Counted from the first letter of the whole stretch, positions 10,348-19,401 are shown. The stretch is 62,348 bases of DNA, filler included, from 5 parts of 5 records of this genome joined end to end with filler, not necessarily neighbours in it, one strand, 5' to 3'. Notes: a model not told the origin generated them from the letters alone. Program-made: numbers and translations.

Positions 10348-10986
10348 TCATGTGTTTTTCGGTGTTGTCGGAGTTTTGAGCGCCGCAAGCTCGGCTTCGA
10401 GTTCGGCGATGCGGGCTTTCAGGTGGTCGAGTGCGGCGGCGACATCGGGCGCGTCGAATTTTTGCGGGATGTGCTGCTGGCAATTGACGTCATAGGCGGT
10501 GAGTTCGAAGAGAATGACTTGCTCGCCTCTGGCGCGATAGCCATCGGGCATCAGCTTGGCGAGCAGTTCCTTGTTGTCGCTGACATGGGCATGGCCCCAA
10601 AGCTTGACGCGGGTGCGTGTCGCATAATCCATCAGGAAGATGAAGGCGCGGTCGTTCTCGGCGAGGTTGCCCGTCGTGATGAATTGCCGGTTGCCTGCGA
10701 AGTCGGCGAAGGCGAGGGTGCGCTTGTCGATGACCTGCAGAAAACCTTTAGGGCCGCCGCGATGCTGGATATAGGGCTGGCCCCTGGTGCTCGATGTGGC
10801 GAGATAGAAGGACGTGCGTTCGGCGATAAAGTCAGCGATGTCCGGGCTGAACTGGTTGGCCCAGTCCATGTTTTCGTAGAGCTTGCGGCTTCCGCGGGCG
10901 GTCTGTGCGGCCTTGACGCTTGGGGTGAAGGCGACGTCGCTGACCAGCGCGGGAAGGGTCTCGGGGCTCGCGTTTTCTGGGGTCAT
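10348..10986 (-). CDS. pyridoxamine 5'-phosphate oxidase family FMN-binding protein
   Basis: PYIQHRGGPKGF, ADFAGNRQFIT, DVNCQQHI. Confidence 0.88.
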   Translation of the reverse strand: MTPENASPETLPALVSDVAFTPSVKAAQTARGSRKLYENMDWANQFSPDIADFIAERTSFYLATSSTRGQPYIQHRGGPKGFLQVIDKRTLAFADFAGNRQFITTGNLAENDRAFIFLMDYATRTRVKLWGHAHVSDNKELLAKLMPDGYRARGEQVILFELTAYDVNCQQHIPQKFDAPDVAAALDHLKARIAELEAELAALKTPTTPKNT

Positions 10987-11061
10987 GGAAGTATCTCCCT
11001 CTTGGCTGATCCCTAGATAACTTCTTTCATCTCAAGAAATAATTAGGCAAAATAGAAAGAC

Positions 11062-11084
11062 ATTATTTCAATAAGTGGAATAAT
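11062..11084. promoter_or_regulatory. probable LysR recognition site (dyad containing T-N11-A)
   Basis: ATTATTTC-AATAAGT-GGAATAAT imperfect inverted repeat abutting the lysR ATG, in a 99-bp AT-rich divergent gap. Confidence 0.6.
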
Positions 11085-11085
11085 A

Positions 11086-12006
11086 ATGGATCGGCTGGAT
11101 ACCGTGGCGATCTTTGTCGAGGTCGCGGAGCAGGGCAGTTTCGTGCAGGCGGCGCGGCGTCTCGGGCGATCACAGGCGGCTGTCTCGCGTGCCATAGCAG
11201 CGCTTGAGACTCGACTGGACGTGGCCTTGTTAAGGCGCACCACGCGTGCTGTGACATTGACTGATGTTGGCGCACGCTATCTGGAGCGGTGCCGCCATCT
11301 GCTTGCCGAGTTTGAAGAACTTGAGGCCGCCGCGGCGCGCGAGAAGGCTGATCCGCAAGGGCTGGTGGCGCTGACGGCCCCTGTGGTTTTTGGTCGGCTG
11401 CATGTATTGCCTGTGGCCGCGCGTTTTCTGCAAACGCATGCGCCGCGTATCCAAATGCGGTTTCTGATGCATGACCGCAACGTGTCATTGGTTGATGAGG
11501 GCATGGATGTGGGTGTGCGTTTGGGGCTGCTGCAAGATTCGTCCTTGCTGGCTACCAAAGTCGGGCATGTGACGCGTCGTGTTTATGGTAGTCCTGAATA
11601 TTTTGCGCGAAGTGGTGCGCCACAACGGCTTGAGGATTTACGCGAACACGCAATCATTTCCATCAGCACAGCAGTGGCGGGGGGCGACCGATGGCGTTTT
11701 GGCGGTCGCAGTGGTGCGCAACGTCAGACGCTTGACTTAAAACCATTGCTGACCGTGACAACGATTGATGCCGGTGTTGAAGCGGCGTTGTTGGGGCTGG
11801 GTCTGGCGCAGTTACATTCTTATCAGGCTGATCATTATGTGGCGGACGGGCGCTTGGTGCCTGTGCTTGAAGACTTTGTGCCTGACGATATCCCAATTCA
11901 CGTTATTCAACCGGCAAGCCAGCATGTGGCGGCAAAGACGCGCGCTTTGATTGATGTGTTGGTGCCGACACTAAGAGCTAAATTTAATCGACCTTCTCAT
12001 CCGTAG
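11086..12006 (+). CDS. LysR family transcriptional regulator (CrgA/DmlR-like)
   Basis: GSFVQAARRLGRSQAAVSRAIAALE HTH, LLRRTTR, SLVDEGMDVGVR. Confidence 0.95.
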   Translation: MDRLDTVAIFVEVAEQGSFVQAARRLGRSQAAVSRAIAALETRLDVALLRRTTRAVTLTDVGARYLERCRHLLAEFEELEAAAAREKADPQGLVALTAPVVFGRLHVLPVAARFLQTHAPRIQMRFLMHDRNVSLVDEGMDVGVRLGLLQDSSLLATKVGHVTRRVYGSPEYFARSGAPQRLEDLREHAIISISTAVAGGDRWRFGGRSGAQRQTLDLKPLLTVTTIDAGVEAALLGLGLAQLHSYQADHYVADGRLVPVLEDFVPDDIPIHVIQPASQHVAAKTRALIDVLVPTLRAKFNRPSHP

Positions 12007-12406
12007 GTAGATGAAGAGATGCGCGCGCAGCATTGCGGTGAGCTTCGGTTAAATGGCTTGAGACAAGTCCAATGGTGGCCATCAGGACTGTGGCGTCGTC
12101 GGTGAAGCCGAAACCGGCAATAAAATCGGGCACAAGATCGGCAGGCAGCACGAAATAGGCTAGTGCCGCCATGAGTGTGGCTTTGACGCGGAGCGGGGTT
12201 TTGGGGTCGCGCGCACAAAACCATGCGGCAGCGGCATCCTCGGCAAAGGGGATTTTACCTGCCACGCGGGCCATTTTTTTCCAAAAGCCTTCGCGTACGG
12301 TTTTTTCGTCGCGCATATATTTTTGTGGCAAACCCGCGCCTGTTGATGCCATGTCGTCAGGTTCCTCGGTCTTTGGCATTGTTTCCGGCTCTGTTCTCTC
12401 GCCCAT
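11984..12406 (-). CDS. YkvA family (DUF1232) protein
   Basis: ALAYFVLPADLVPDFIAGFGFTDD motif; start uncertain. Confidence 0.88.
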   Translation of the reverse strand: MGERTEPETMPKTEEPDDMASTGAGLPQKYMRDEKTVREGFWKKMARVAGKIPFAEDAAAAWFCARDPKTPLRVKATLMAALAYFVLPADLVPDFIAGFGFTDDATVLMATIGLVSSHLTEAHRNAARASLHLPTDEKVD

Positions 12407-12655
12407 TTATCACAAGATGGGTGGGGAATGTGGCAAAGACAAGCCGAGGTAAACCCTGCGTCAAATGTGAAAGACAAAGAATCCCTTTGTTTTCATGCAT
12501 TTTTGGCTCGCATCGGGGCCTGTGAATTTGTTAAATCGGCGCCAATATCGGACCCCTTCCGGGTCCGTTGCAGAAATCCGGGGCGGAATACCGCCTATAC
12601 GGGAGAAAACGCGAAGGGCCGTTCGGGCCTCCAGCGGGACAAAAGGAAAAGACCC

Positions 12656-13438
12656 ATGAAACTCGACTCCAATATTTCCGCCATCATCACCGGCGGCGCT
12701 TCGGGCCTTGGCGCGGCTACAGCGCGCCTTCTTGCTTCGCAGGGCGTCAAGATCGGAATTTTCGATCTGCAGGAAGACAAGGGTGAAGCTCTTGCCAAGG
12801 AACTGGGCGGCACATTCGCCAAAGTGAACGTGACAGATGAAGCCTCGGTTGATGCCGGCTTTGCCAAGTTGCGTGCCGCCAATGGCCAGGAACGCATCCT
12901 CGTGAACTGCGCCGGTACAGGCAATGCGGTCAAGACAGCCTCGCGCAACAAAGAAACAGGTGCGCCTGAGCATTTCCCGCTCGATAAGTTCAATCTTATC
13001 ATTCAGATCAACCTGGTTGGCACATTCCGTTGCATCGCCAAATCGGCCGCAGGCATGCTGACACTCGATCCGCTGGAAAATGGCGATCGTGGTGCCATCG
13101 TCAATACTGGCTCGGTTGCCGCTGTTGACGGCCAGATCGGCCAGGCCGCCTATTCGGCTTCGAAAGCTGGTGTTGTCGGTATGACACTTCCCATCGCGCG
13201 CGACCTGAGCCGCGAAGGCATCCGCATTAACACGATCCTGCCGGGCATTTTCGACACACCGCTGCTTGCTGGTGCGCCGGAAAAAGTGCGTCAGGCTCTG
13301 GGTGCGCAGGTGCCTTACCCGTCGCGTCTGGGCAATCCCGATGAATATGCATCGCTTGCCATGCAGATGATCACGAACGGTTACTTCAACGGCGAAACCG
13401 TTCGTCTCGACGGCGCTATCCGTATGGCTCCTCGCTAA
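12656..13438 (+). CDS. SDR, 3-hydroxyacyl-CoA dehydrogenase type II (HSD10-like)
   Basis: TGGASGLG, YSASKAG, GMTLPIARDL, NGETVRLDGAIRM; AAGGA before ATG 12656. Confidence 0.92.
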   Translation: MKLDSNISAIITGGASGLGAATARLLASQGVKIGIFDLQEDKGEALAKELGGTFAKVNVTDEASVDAGFAKLRAANGQERILVNCAGTGNAVKTASRNKETGAPEHFPLDKFNLIIQINLVGTFRCIAKSAAGMLTLDPLENGDRGAIVNTGSVAAVDGQIGQAAYSASKAGVVGMTLPIARDLSREGIRINTILPGIFDTPLLAGAPEKVRQALGAQVPYPSRLGNPDEYASLAMQMITNGYFNGETVRLDGAIRMAPR

Positions 13439-13458
13439 TACTTCCGGCAACGGAAATG

Positions 13459-13488
13459 AAAAGCCCCGGTGGAAACACCGGGGCTTTT
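13459..13488 (+). terminator. intrinsic terminator
   Basis: AAAAGCCCCGGTG-GAAA-CACCGGGGCTTTT perfect hairpin. Confidence 0.9.
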
Positions 13489-13588
13489 NNNNNNNNNNNN
13501 NNNNNNNNNNNNNNNNNNNNNNNNNNNNNNNNTTAATTAATTAANNNNNNNNNNNNNNNNNNNNNNNNNNNNNNNNNNNNNNNNNNNN
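13489..13588. other. artificial contig spacer
   Basis: 44 N + TTAATTAATTAA (stops in all six frames) + 44 N. Confidence 0.99.
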
Positions 13589-13618
13589 TGTCGCTCTATC
13601 CTGCTGAGCTACGGGGCC
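13589..13618 (-). tRNA. 5' half of a tRNA, probably tRNA-Arg, truncated by the contig edge
   Basis: Minus strand reads GGCCCCG-TA-GCTC-AGCAGGATA-GAGC-G-ACA: acceptor strand, complete D-arm, start of anticodon stem. The GGATA D-loop is typical of Arg tRNAs; the anticodon is not visible. Confidence 0.8.
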
Positions 13619-13774
13619 CCATAAACAGCGCTTTTCCTGTAACCCCAACCGGCGCGCCCGTCAACTGTGCTAAGGACATGTTGGCAAAACACGCAGCAAA
13701 TGGCTAATTTCATTATTCGTCAGGCGCATTACCGAAAATTAAGGTTTCTGCTCTTTGATGTCGTATGAAGATCT

Positions 13775-15328
13775 TTGGGGGTCTATCAGGAAATTGCGTT
13801 GAGTTTTCGTAGACTTGTTGCACCGGTTTTTGTTGCTGTCGCGGTTAGCATCGCGGCACTTGTTGCGCTTGCCATCTTTGCAGCGCGCCAACAGGACGCG
13901 GCTGCGCTCGCAGCGGAAAAGCAGGTGATACAGCAGGAAATGCGCACCATCCATGGTGGGCTTGCGGTACTCGCGGAGGATAACGCCTGGTGGGACGCTG
14001 CTGTCGAAAATATTATCTTTGAGGAAAATATCGACTGGATCGACAGCACACTTGGCGAATCCGTCATCGGCATCAGCCAGATCCAGGGTGTTTTTATCGT
14101 TCGGCGAGACGGCACCATGGCATACGGCAACTTTGTTGCCGCCCTGCCCGCCCCGCACACTTTCCTTGATGCAGGTTTTGCGGAGCTCGCAAAAAGCATG
14201 GAAATCCCAAAGGAGCATCTACCCAGCAGCGCATCTGGCTTCCTGGAAATAGGTGGGGACCTGATTGCCTTTGGCGCCAGCATGGTGCAAGCGGGTGAAG
14301 TAAAGTCGCTACCACCCATCCCCGATGAGAAGCGTGCTCTGATCATCTTTGTCTCGCTTGTAAGCGCAGAAGACATTGAGCGGATAGGGCAAGACAATGC
14401 AATAAAAGGGCTTCGGTTCGCGACCACCCCCATTGAGGGCGATAACACCATACCGGTGCTTTCCTTGGGAGGTGACTCTATTGGTCACTTGTGCTGGCGG
14501 CCTTCTGAGCCTGGCAGCGAAATGCTGCGTTACATGGTGCTGCCCGCCAGCATGCTTCTGGTCATCGTGATTATTGCGCTCGGACGGTTTTTACGCCAAG
14601 CCAACCGTGTGCTTGAAGAACTGGCCCGCGCCAACAAGGCCAAATCCGCTTTCCTCGCGTCCACAAGCCATGAGATCCGCACACCGCTCAATTCCATCAT
14701 CGGTTTTACCGAGCTGATATCGCTTGAGCTATACGGCAAGGTTGAGGGTGAAAAGAACAAAGAGTATTTGCAACTGATCCGCCAAAGTGGCGAACACCTG
14801 CTTTCTATCATCAATGATATCCTTGATATCTCCAAACTGGAGGCAGACCGCTTTGAGATATATGCCGAAAAGGTGGAGCCCCGCACGGTGATTGCATCCG
14901 CCCACAAGCTGGTGTCTGCATCGGCGATGGAACGCGGTGTGAGGGTCACTACAGACTGTTTGCCGGCCGAAATCCTGTCGGATGAGCGCATCATGCGGCA
15001 GGTGCTTATTAACCTCCTGTCCAACGCCATCAAATTCACCGAGCCAGGCGGCAGCGTCACGGTCAAGGGCTTGAGCCGGGGCCGCTTTTACGACATTACC
15101 ATCACTGACACCGGCATAGGTATGAGCGAGGCCCAGATAGAAACAGCGCTATCGCTGTTTGGTCAGGTCGAAGGAGAGCTCTCCCGTCGGCACTCCGGCA
15201 CAGGTCTTGGCCTGCCACTTGTCACGCGCTTTATGGAACTGCTGAACGGTCAGTTCGATATCTCATCCAGCCCCGGTGAAGGCACAACCGTCACCGCACG
15301 GTTCCCGCTCTATCGTGAGGAAGACTAA
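13775..15328 (+). CDS. membrane sensor histidine kinase (CHASE4-like input, HisKA, HATPase_c)
   Basis: Two TMs flanking EDNAWWD; FLASTSHEIRTPLN H-box, NLLSNAIKFT, DTGIGM, GTGLGL; start uncertain. Confidence 0.92.
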   Translation: MGVYQEIALSFRRLVAPVFVAVAVSIAALVALAIFAARQQDAAALAAEKQVIQQEMRTIHGGLAVLAEDNAWWDAAVENIIFEENIDWIDSTLGESVIGISQIQGVFIVRRDGTMAYGNFVAALPAPHTFLDAGFAELAKSMEIPKEHLPSSASGFLEIGGDLIAFGASMVQAGEVKSLPPIPDEKRALIIFVSLVSAEDIERIGQDNAIKGLRFATTPIEGDNTIPVLSLGGDSIGHLCWRPSEPGSEMLRYMVLPASMLLVIVIIALGRFLRQANRVLEELARANKAKSAFLASTSHEIRTPLNSIIGFTELISLELYGKVEGEKNKEYLQLIRQSGEHLLSIINDILDISKLEADRFEIYAEKVEPRTVIASAHKLVSASAMERGVRVTTDCLPAEILSDERIMRQVLINLLSNAIKFTEPGGSVTVKGLSRGRFYDITITDTGIGMSEAQIETALSLFGQVEGELSRRHSGTGLGLPLVTRFMELLNGQFDISSSPGEGTTVTARFPLYREED

Positions 15329-16059
15329 GCAATCTTGAAAGCTGCCATCTGCTCATAAAGCGGCATGGCTTGTTCCAGAATACGCTCGAGAGCCGGGGCC
15401 AGTTCAGGTGTGTCACCGCTCTCACGCGCCATGAACCCTGTGGATTTCTGCACATTTTCGTACCACCACGGTGCCCACACACCATCTGTATCGCGTGGCC
15501 CCGCAGGCCACTTGAGCATTGCCTTGTCAAACCCTATGCCCAGTGCTTCGCATAACTGGCCCAGATAGCGTTCAGGGTCACGAAGGATATCGCTACCGTC
15601 TATCACCGGTGGCGCATGGCCGAGCCTGTCTGCCTCGCGCTCAAAAATCTCCACCTGCTTCACAAGGCCAATATCATCAAGTGTGACCTCAGCCCGGCTT
15701 TTTACATAGCTTGCAAGCATAGCGCGGGGGTTGCGGATCAGGAACGCGTGCCGCATGGACCGCGCCCAGCTCCAATCAAGGCTTCCCACCATATGGTGGC
15801 ACATATGTTTTTGGTAAAAGACTGTGTAGCCAGCAGGCACCGGGCCGTTCAGCTCATCTGCCACCTGCTGCCAATCCGTACTCTGCGCCTTGAGAATCAG
15901 ATCACGACCGGGATGATCTATCCCTGTCTCCTCAAGAAAACAGGCATAAAACGGCTCATCCACCACCATGGTATCAGGCCGGTTTTCAAAGGATCGCATC
16001 AGGGCCGTGGAGACATTCCTGGGCCCGGACCACATGGCGATACGCACAGTATCACTCAT
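15325..16059 (-). CDS. sulfotransferase-like P-loop protein associated with class IV aminotransferases
   Basis: MWSGPRNVSTALMRSF, DEPFYA, YQKHMCHH, FLIRNP, DGVWAPWWY; ATGA overlap with the upstream gene. Confidence 0.8.
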   Translation of the reverse strand: MSDTVRIAMWSGPRNVSTALMRSFENRPDTMVVDEPFYACFLEETGIDHPGRDLILKAQSTDWQQVADELNGPVPAGYTVFYQKHMCHHMVGSLDWSWARSMRHAFLIRNPRAMLASYVKSRAEVTLDDIGLVKQVEIFEREADRLGHAPPVIDGSDILRDPERYLGQLCEALGIGFDKAMLKWPAGPRDTDGVWAPWWYENVQKSTGFMARESGDTPELAPALERILEQAMPLYEQMAAFKIA

Positions 16060-16994
16060 GCGTTGCGCCCTTTGCCTGCCTCATCTTCAATGCGCTTGAT
16101 ATACAGCTTGCGCAGTTTTGCCACCATGTCACCCGGCATTGGTGGTGCTTTCCCGTCACCAATGGTGCGGCCGTCCACTTCCCCCACAGGCACAAGGCCG
16201 GCAAAGGTCCCGGTAACAAAAGCTTCGTCTGCACCGTAAACGTCTGTCAGGCTGAAATCTTTCTCATGCACCGGGATGCCCGCCTCTTTTGCGAGGGTGA
16301 TGACCGTGCCGCGTGTGATGCCGCCAAGGCAGTATTTCCCGCTTGAGGTCCACAGCTCACCGTCCCGCACAATGAAAAAGTGCGTGCTGTTGCAGGTGGC
16401 GACAAAACCGTGAGGGTCGAGCATCAAAGCCTCGTCGGCACCGGCTTTGGCGGCCTGAATACAAGCCGTGATGCAGTTCAGTTTTGAGTGGCTGTTAAGT
16501 TTTGGGTCCTGCACATCGGGGAAACCACGCCGCACGTGGGCCGTGAACAATCGGATACCACGGTTCAGCGTGTCCTTGAGCGGTGCCTTATATTCAGGGA
16601 TGATCACAACCGTCGCCGGGCCAACCGTGACCCGAGGGTCCTGATACGGTGTGGCTTTGATACCGCGTGTGACCATCAGACGGATATGCACACCGTCATG
16701 CATGTTGTTGGCGTCAATCGTGTCATACAGCCGCTTGGTGAGCTCTGCTTTGGTGAGGCCAATATCCATATCAATCGCCTTGGCACCTTCATAAAGCCGC
16801 TTCAGGTGTTGGCCAAGAAACACAAGCGTACCGTGGTGCAGCCGCAGGCCTTCCCACACCCCGTCACCGAGGATATAACCACTATCGAAAACGGAAACCT
16901 TGGCCTCTTCGCGCGGGAAAAGTTCCCCACTCACATTGATCAAAATATCCTTGTTTCTCGGGTCGTCGATATAGTCATGGGTGCCGTGCGCCAC
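16056..16994 (-). CDS. PLP-dependent aminotransferase class IV (BCAT/DAAT-like)
   Basis: SVFDSGYILGDGVWEG, HSKLNCI, LGGITR, ADEAFVTGT; likely GTG start at 16994. Confidence 0.92.
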   Translation of the reverse strand: MAHGTHDYIDDPRNKDILINVSGELFPREEAKVSVFDSGYILGDGVWEGLRLHHGTLVFLGQHLKRLYEGAKAIDMDIGLTKAELTKRLYDTIDANNMHDGVHIRLMVTRGIKATPYQDPRVTVGPATVVIIPEYKAPLKDTLNRGIRLFTAHVRRGFPDVQDPKLNSHSKLNCITACIQAAKAGADEALMLDPHGFVATCNSTHFFIVRDGELWTSSGKYCLGGITRGTVITLAKEAGIPVHEKDFSLTDVYGADEAFVTGTFAGLVPVGEVDGRTIGDGKAPPMPGDMVAKLRKLYIKRIEDEAGKGRNA

Positions 16995-17062
16995 TGAGAT
17001 TCTCTTTCTTGTCAAAACATAGGTTTGGTGCAACTGTCTGTGCTCAAGCAAGAGGATGAAAC

Positions 17063-17860
17063 ATGCTGAAAGCGCTTGCAATCCTTATTCTTACCGCGCC
17101 CGCCGCTTTGGCGAACGACTATGTATTCGACACCAAAGGCCTCGCCGATTGCGGCACGACCACAGCCGCTGAGACACTGGGCGGTGCTCGCTTCAAAACA
17201 CCGGAAGGCCTGACGGTCAAACTCGCACTTGTGAAAGCGCCGGAATTTTGGGAACCATCCAGCGAATACACTAGTTGGCCCCACGCCCTTGAAGCCAAAA
17301 AACACCTGATGAACACACTCCGTGGCCACACGGTTACGCTTTTTTGTGAAGGCCAGAAAACCAACCGGCTGGGCGAATTGGTGGCGCACGTGGTGATGCC
17401 CGACGGCAGCTGGCTGCAACACACGCTTGTTCGCGACGGGCATGTTTTTGTCTTCCCCGGCCCCACGCGGCGGCGCGGGCTGGACGCACTCTATGAAGCC
17501 GAGCTTGAAGCACGCGCGGATAAAAAAGGCCTATGGATATTCAAGAACCTGCAACCCGTGGCCGCCACAGGCAACAGCGTGAAAGCAGGCTGGTTCCAGA
17601 TCGTGGAAGGTGTGGTGGTTGATGCCGCGAAAGTGCGGGATACCATCTTCCTCAACTTCGGTGATGACTGGCGCACGGATTTCACCGTTGAGGTCCCGGC
17701 CCTAACCGCGCGGTATTTTGAACGCATAGGGCTCGATCCGCTCAGCCTTGAAGGCCAGCACATTGAAGTGCGCGGCTGGATAGACTTCAAATCAGGCCCG
17801 CGCCTGTTGCTGCAAGGTCCCGGGCAAATTCGTATCATAAAACAAGAAAGCCAACCCTGA
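17063..17860 (+). CDS. secreted thermonuclease (SNase)-fold protein with C-terminal OB-like domain; active site degenerate
   Basis: Signal peptide; VKAPE, AELEARADKKGLW, FLNFGDDWRTDFT, IEVRGWI. Confidence 0.8.
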   Translation: MLKALAILILTAPAALANDYVFDTKGLADCGTTTAAETLGGARFKTPEGLTVKLALVKAPEFWEPSSEYTSWPHALEAKKHLMNTLRGHTVTLFCEGQKTNRLGELVAHVVMPDGSWLQHTLVRDGHVFVFPGPTRRRGLDALYEAELEARADKKGLWIFKNLQPVAATGNSVKAGWFQIVEGVVVDAAKVRDTIFLNFGDDWRTDFTVEVPALTARYFERIGLDPLSLEGQHIEVRGWIDFKSGPRLLLQGPGQIRIIKQESQP

Positions 17861-17902
17861 TACGAGCTGGCTTTCCGGTAATACTGATTTGATTTAGGCC
17901 TG

Positions 17903-18790
17903 TTAGCTACCCGCAAGACCTGCAAGAAACGGGTCACCCACATCCTGCATCAAAGCCTGCCGCAGTTTGCCAAGCGCCTGCGCTTCCAGCTGACGCACAC
18001 GTTCCTTGGAAATACCTAACTGGGTACCGAGAACCGCGAGGGTCACACCGTCTTCCCGAAGCTGCCGCTCACGAATGATAAAGCTTTCCCGTTCGGTAAG
18101 ATGCTTCATCGCCCGCTCGATCAAGGCAGCCTTTTTGTTGCTGTCATGGTTTTCCATGTAAAGGTCGTCAGGTCGCGGCGAATCGCTCACCAGAAGATCC
18201 TGCCATTCCTGCGCGCTTTCATCCGCAACCGGTGCATTCAAAGACCGGTCTACACCTGAAAGCCTGCCTTCCATGGCCTCAACATCACGAAGCCGCACAC
18301 CCATTTCATCGGCGATCTGGTTGCGCGCACCCATGGAAAGGGGCCGGTCGGGGTCAACCCCCATGCGGGCCTTGAGGCGCTTCAGGTTAAAGAACAAAGC
18401 CTTGTGGGCACTTGTGGTGCCTGTACGTACAATGGACCAGTTCCTCAGAACATAGTCCTGCACGGCGGCACGAACCCACCAGCTTGCATAGGTTGAGAAA
18501 CGCACGTCCCGTTCCGGCTCGAACCGGTATCCGGCCTCCATCAAGCCAACGGTGCCTTCCTGAATGAGATCAGCAACCGGCAAGCCATAATGCCGGTAGC
18601 GGCTTGCAGCCGCAATCGCGAGACGCAAATGCGCTTCGGTCAATTTTTTGAGGGCTCGCTCGTCCCGTTCCATTTGCCACGCAAGCGCCAGTTCGCCTTC
18701 TTCTTCCCTGTCCAGCATTGGCGCACGCATTGCGAAACGAATTAAGCGGCGATCTTCCCCAGTGGCCCAGTTTCCTCGGCTCACTCTCAC
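17903..18790 (-). CDS. sigma-32 family RNA polymerase sigma factor (RpoH2-like)
   Basis: DLIQEG, RFSTYASWWVRA, RpoH-box-like WSIVRTGTTSAHKALFFNL, ISKERVRQLE. Confidence 0.88.
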   Translation of the reverse strand: MRVSRGNWATGEDRRLIRFAMRAPMLDREEEGELALAWQMERDERALKKLTEAHLRLAIAAASRYRHYGLPVADLIQEGTVGLMEAGYRFEPERDVRFSTYASWWVRAAVQDYVLRNWSIVRTGTTSAHKALFFNLKRLKARMGVDPDRPLSMGARNQIADEMGVRLRDVEAMEGRLSGVDRSLNAPVADESAQEWQDLLVSDSPRPDDLYMENHDSNKKAALIERAMKHLTERESFIIRERQLREDGVTLAVLGTQLGISKERVRQLEAQALGKLRQALMQDVGDPFLAGLAGS

Positions 18791-18959
18791 CTCCCAATTT
18801 TTAATGACCTTGATTAATGCAATGCATTATGACCAGTTTTTTTTGGCTTTGCAGCAACTTTTTTTATCTCGCTTATAAAATCGGCGTGAGCGCCGGGATT
18901 CCGCGCCTTTACCGGAAAACACATTCACGCATGACGGCAAAACACGACCGAATCATATC

Positions 18960-18975
18960 GATTACGCCTGTAAAC
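18960..18975. promoter_or_regulatory. second, imperfect BlaI-type operator
   Basis: GATTACGCCTGTAAAC, 34 bp upstream of the perfect palindrome. Confidence 0.6.
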
Positions 18976-18993
18976 ATAACTCTTGATTTTATT

Positions 18994-19009
18994 GATTACA
19001 TATGTAATC
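18994..19009. promoter_or_regulatory. BlaI/MecI/CopY-type operator
   Basis: Perfect 16-bp palindrome GATTACATATGTAATC containing TACA-NN-TGTA, 8 bp before the repressor ATG. Confidence 0.85.
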
Positions 19010-19017
19010 GTAATCTC

Positions 19018-19401
19018 ATGAGCGAGGAAAAAAAACAAATCAGCATAGCTGAGAGCAAGGTGATGGAAACGCTATGGCGTGCCCATCCCTTAACAGCGGA
19101 AGATGTCACCAATGGCGTCGCCGCAGACCAGAACTGGAGCGTCGGCACCGTCAAATCGCTGCTGAACCGCCTTTTGTCCAAAGGCGCCATCTCAGCCGAG
19201 AAAGACGGCCGACGCTATCTCTACAGCCCGGTCCTGAGCCACGACGACTATATAACCCATGAGGGTCAGGGTGTGCTTGACCGTCTTTTTGACGGTCGGG
19301 TTTCAGCGCTCCTGACCCACTTCTCCCAGCATGAAAAGCTGAGCGGCGACGATATCGCAGAGCTTAAAAAACTGATCAAGGAGCTGGACGATGACGAGTG
19401 A
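19018..19401 (+). CDS. BlaI/MecI/CopY family repressor
   Basis: ISIAESKVMETLW, TVKSLLNRLLSKG, GRRYLYSP, LDRLFDG. Confidence 0.95.
   Translation: MSEEKKQISIAESKVMETLWRAHPLTAEDVTNGVAADQNWSVGTVKSLLNRLLSKGAISAEKDGRRYLYSPVLSHDDYITHEGQGVLDRLFDGRVSALLTHFSQHEKLSGDDIAELKKLIKELDDDE

Noticed and set aside
6801-13450. Long antisense ORFs (6801-7724, 10033-11016, 12461-13450; also 24773-25795)
   Set aside because: Shadows of well-supported genes in GC-rich DNA, with no motifs of their own.
13533-13544. TTAATTAATTAA recurring four times (also 33827, 47883, 57206)
   Set aside because: Always centred in an N-run; a six-frame stop linker added during concatenation.
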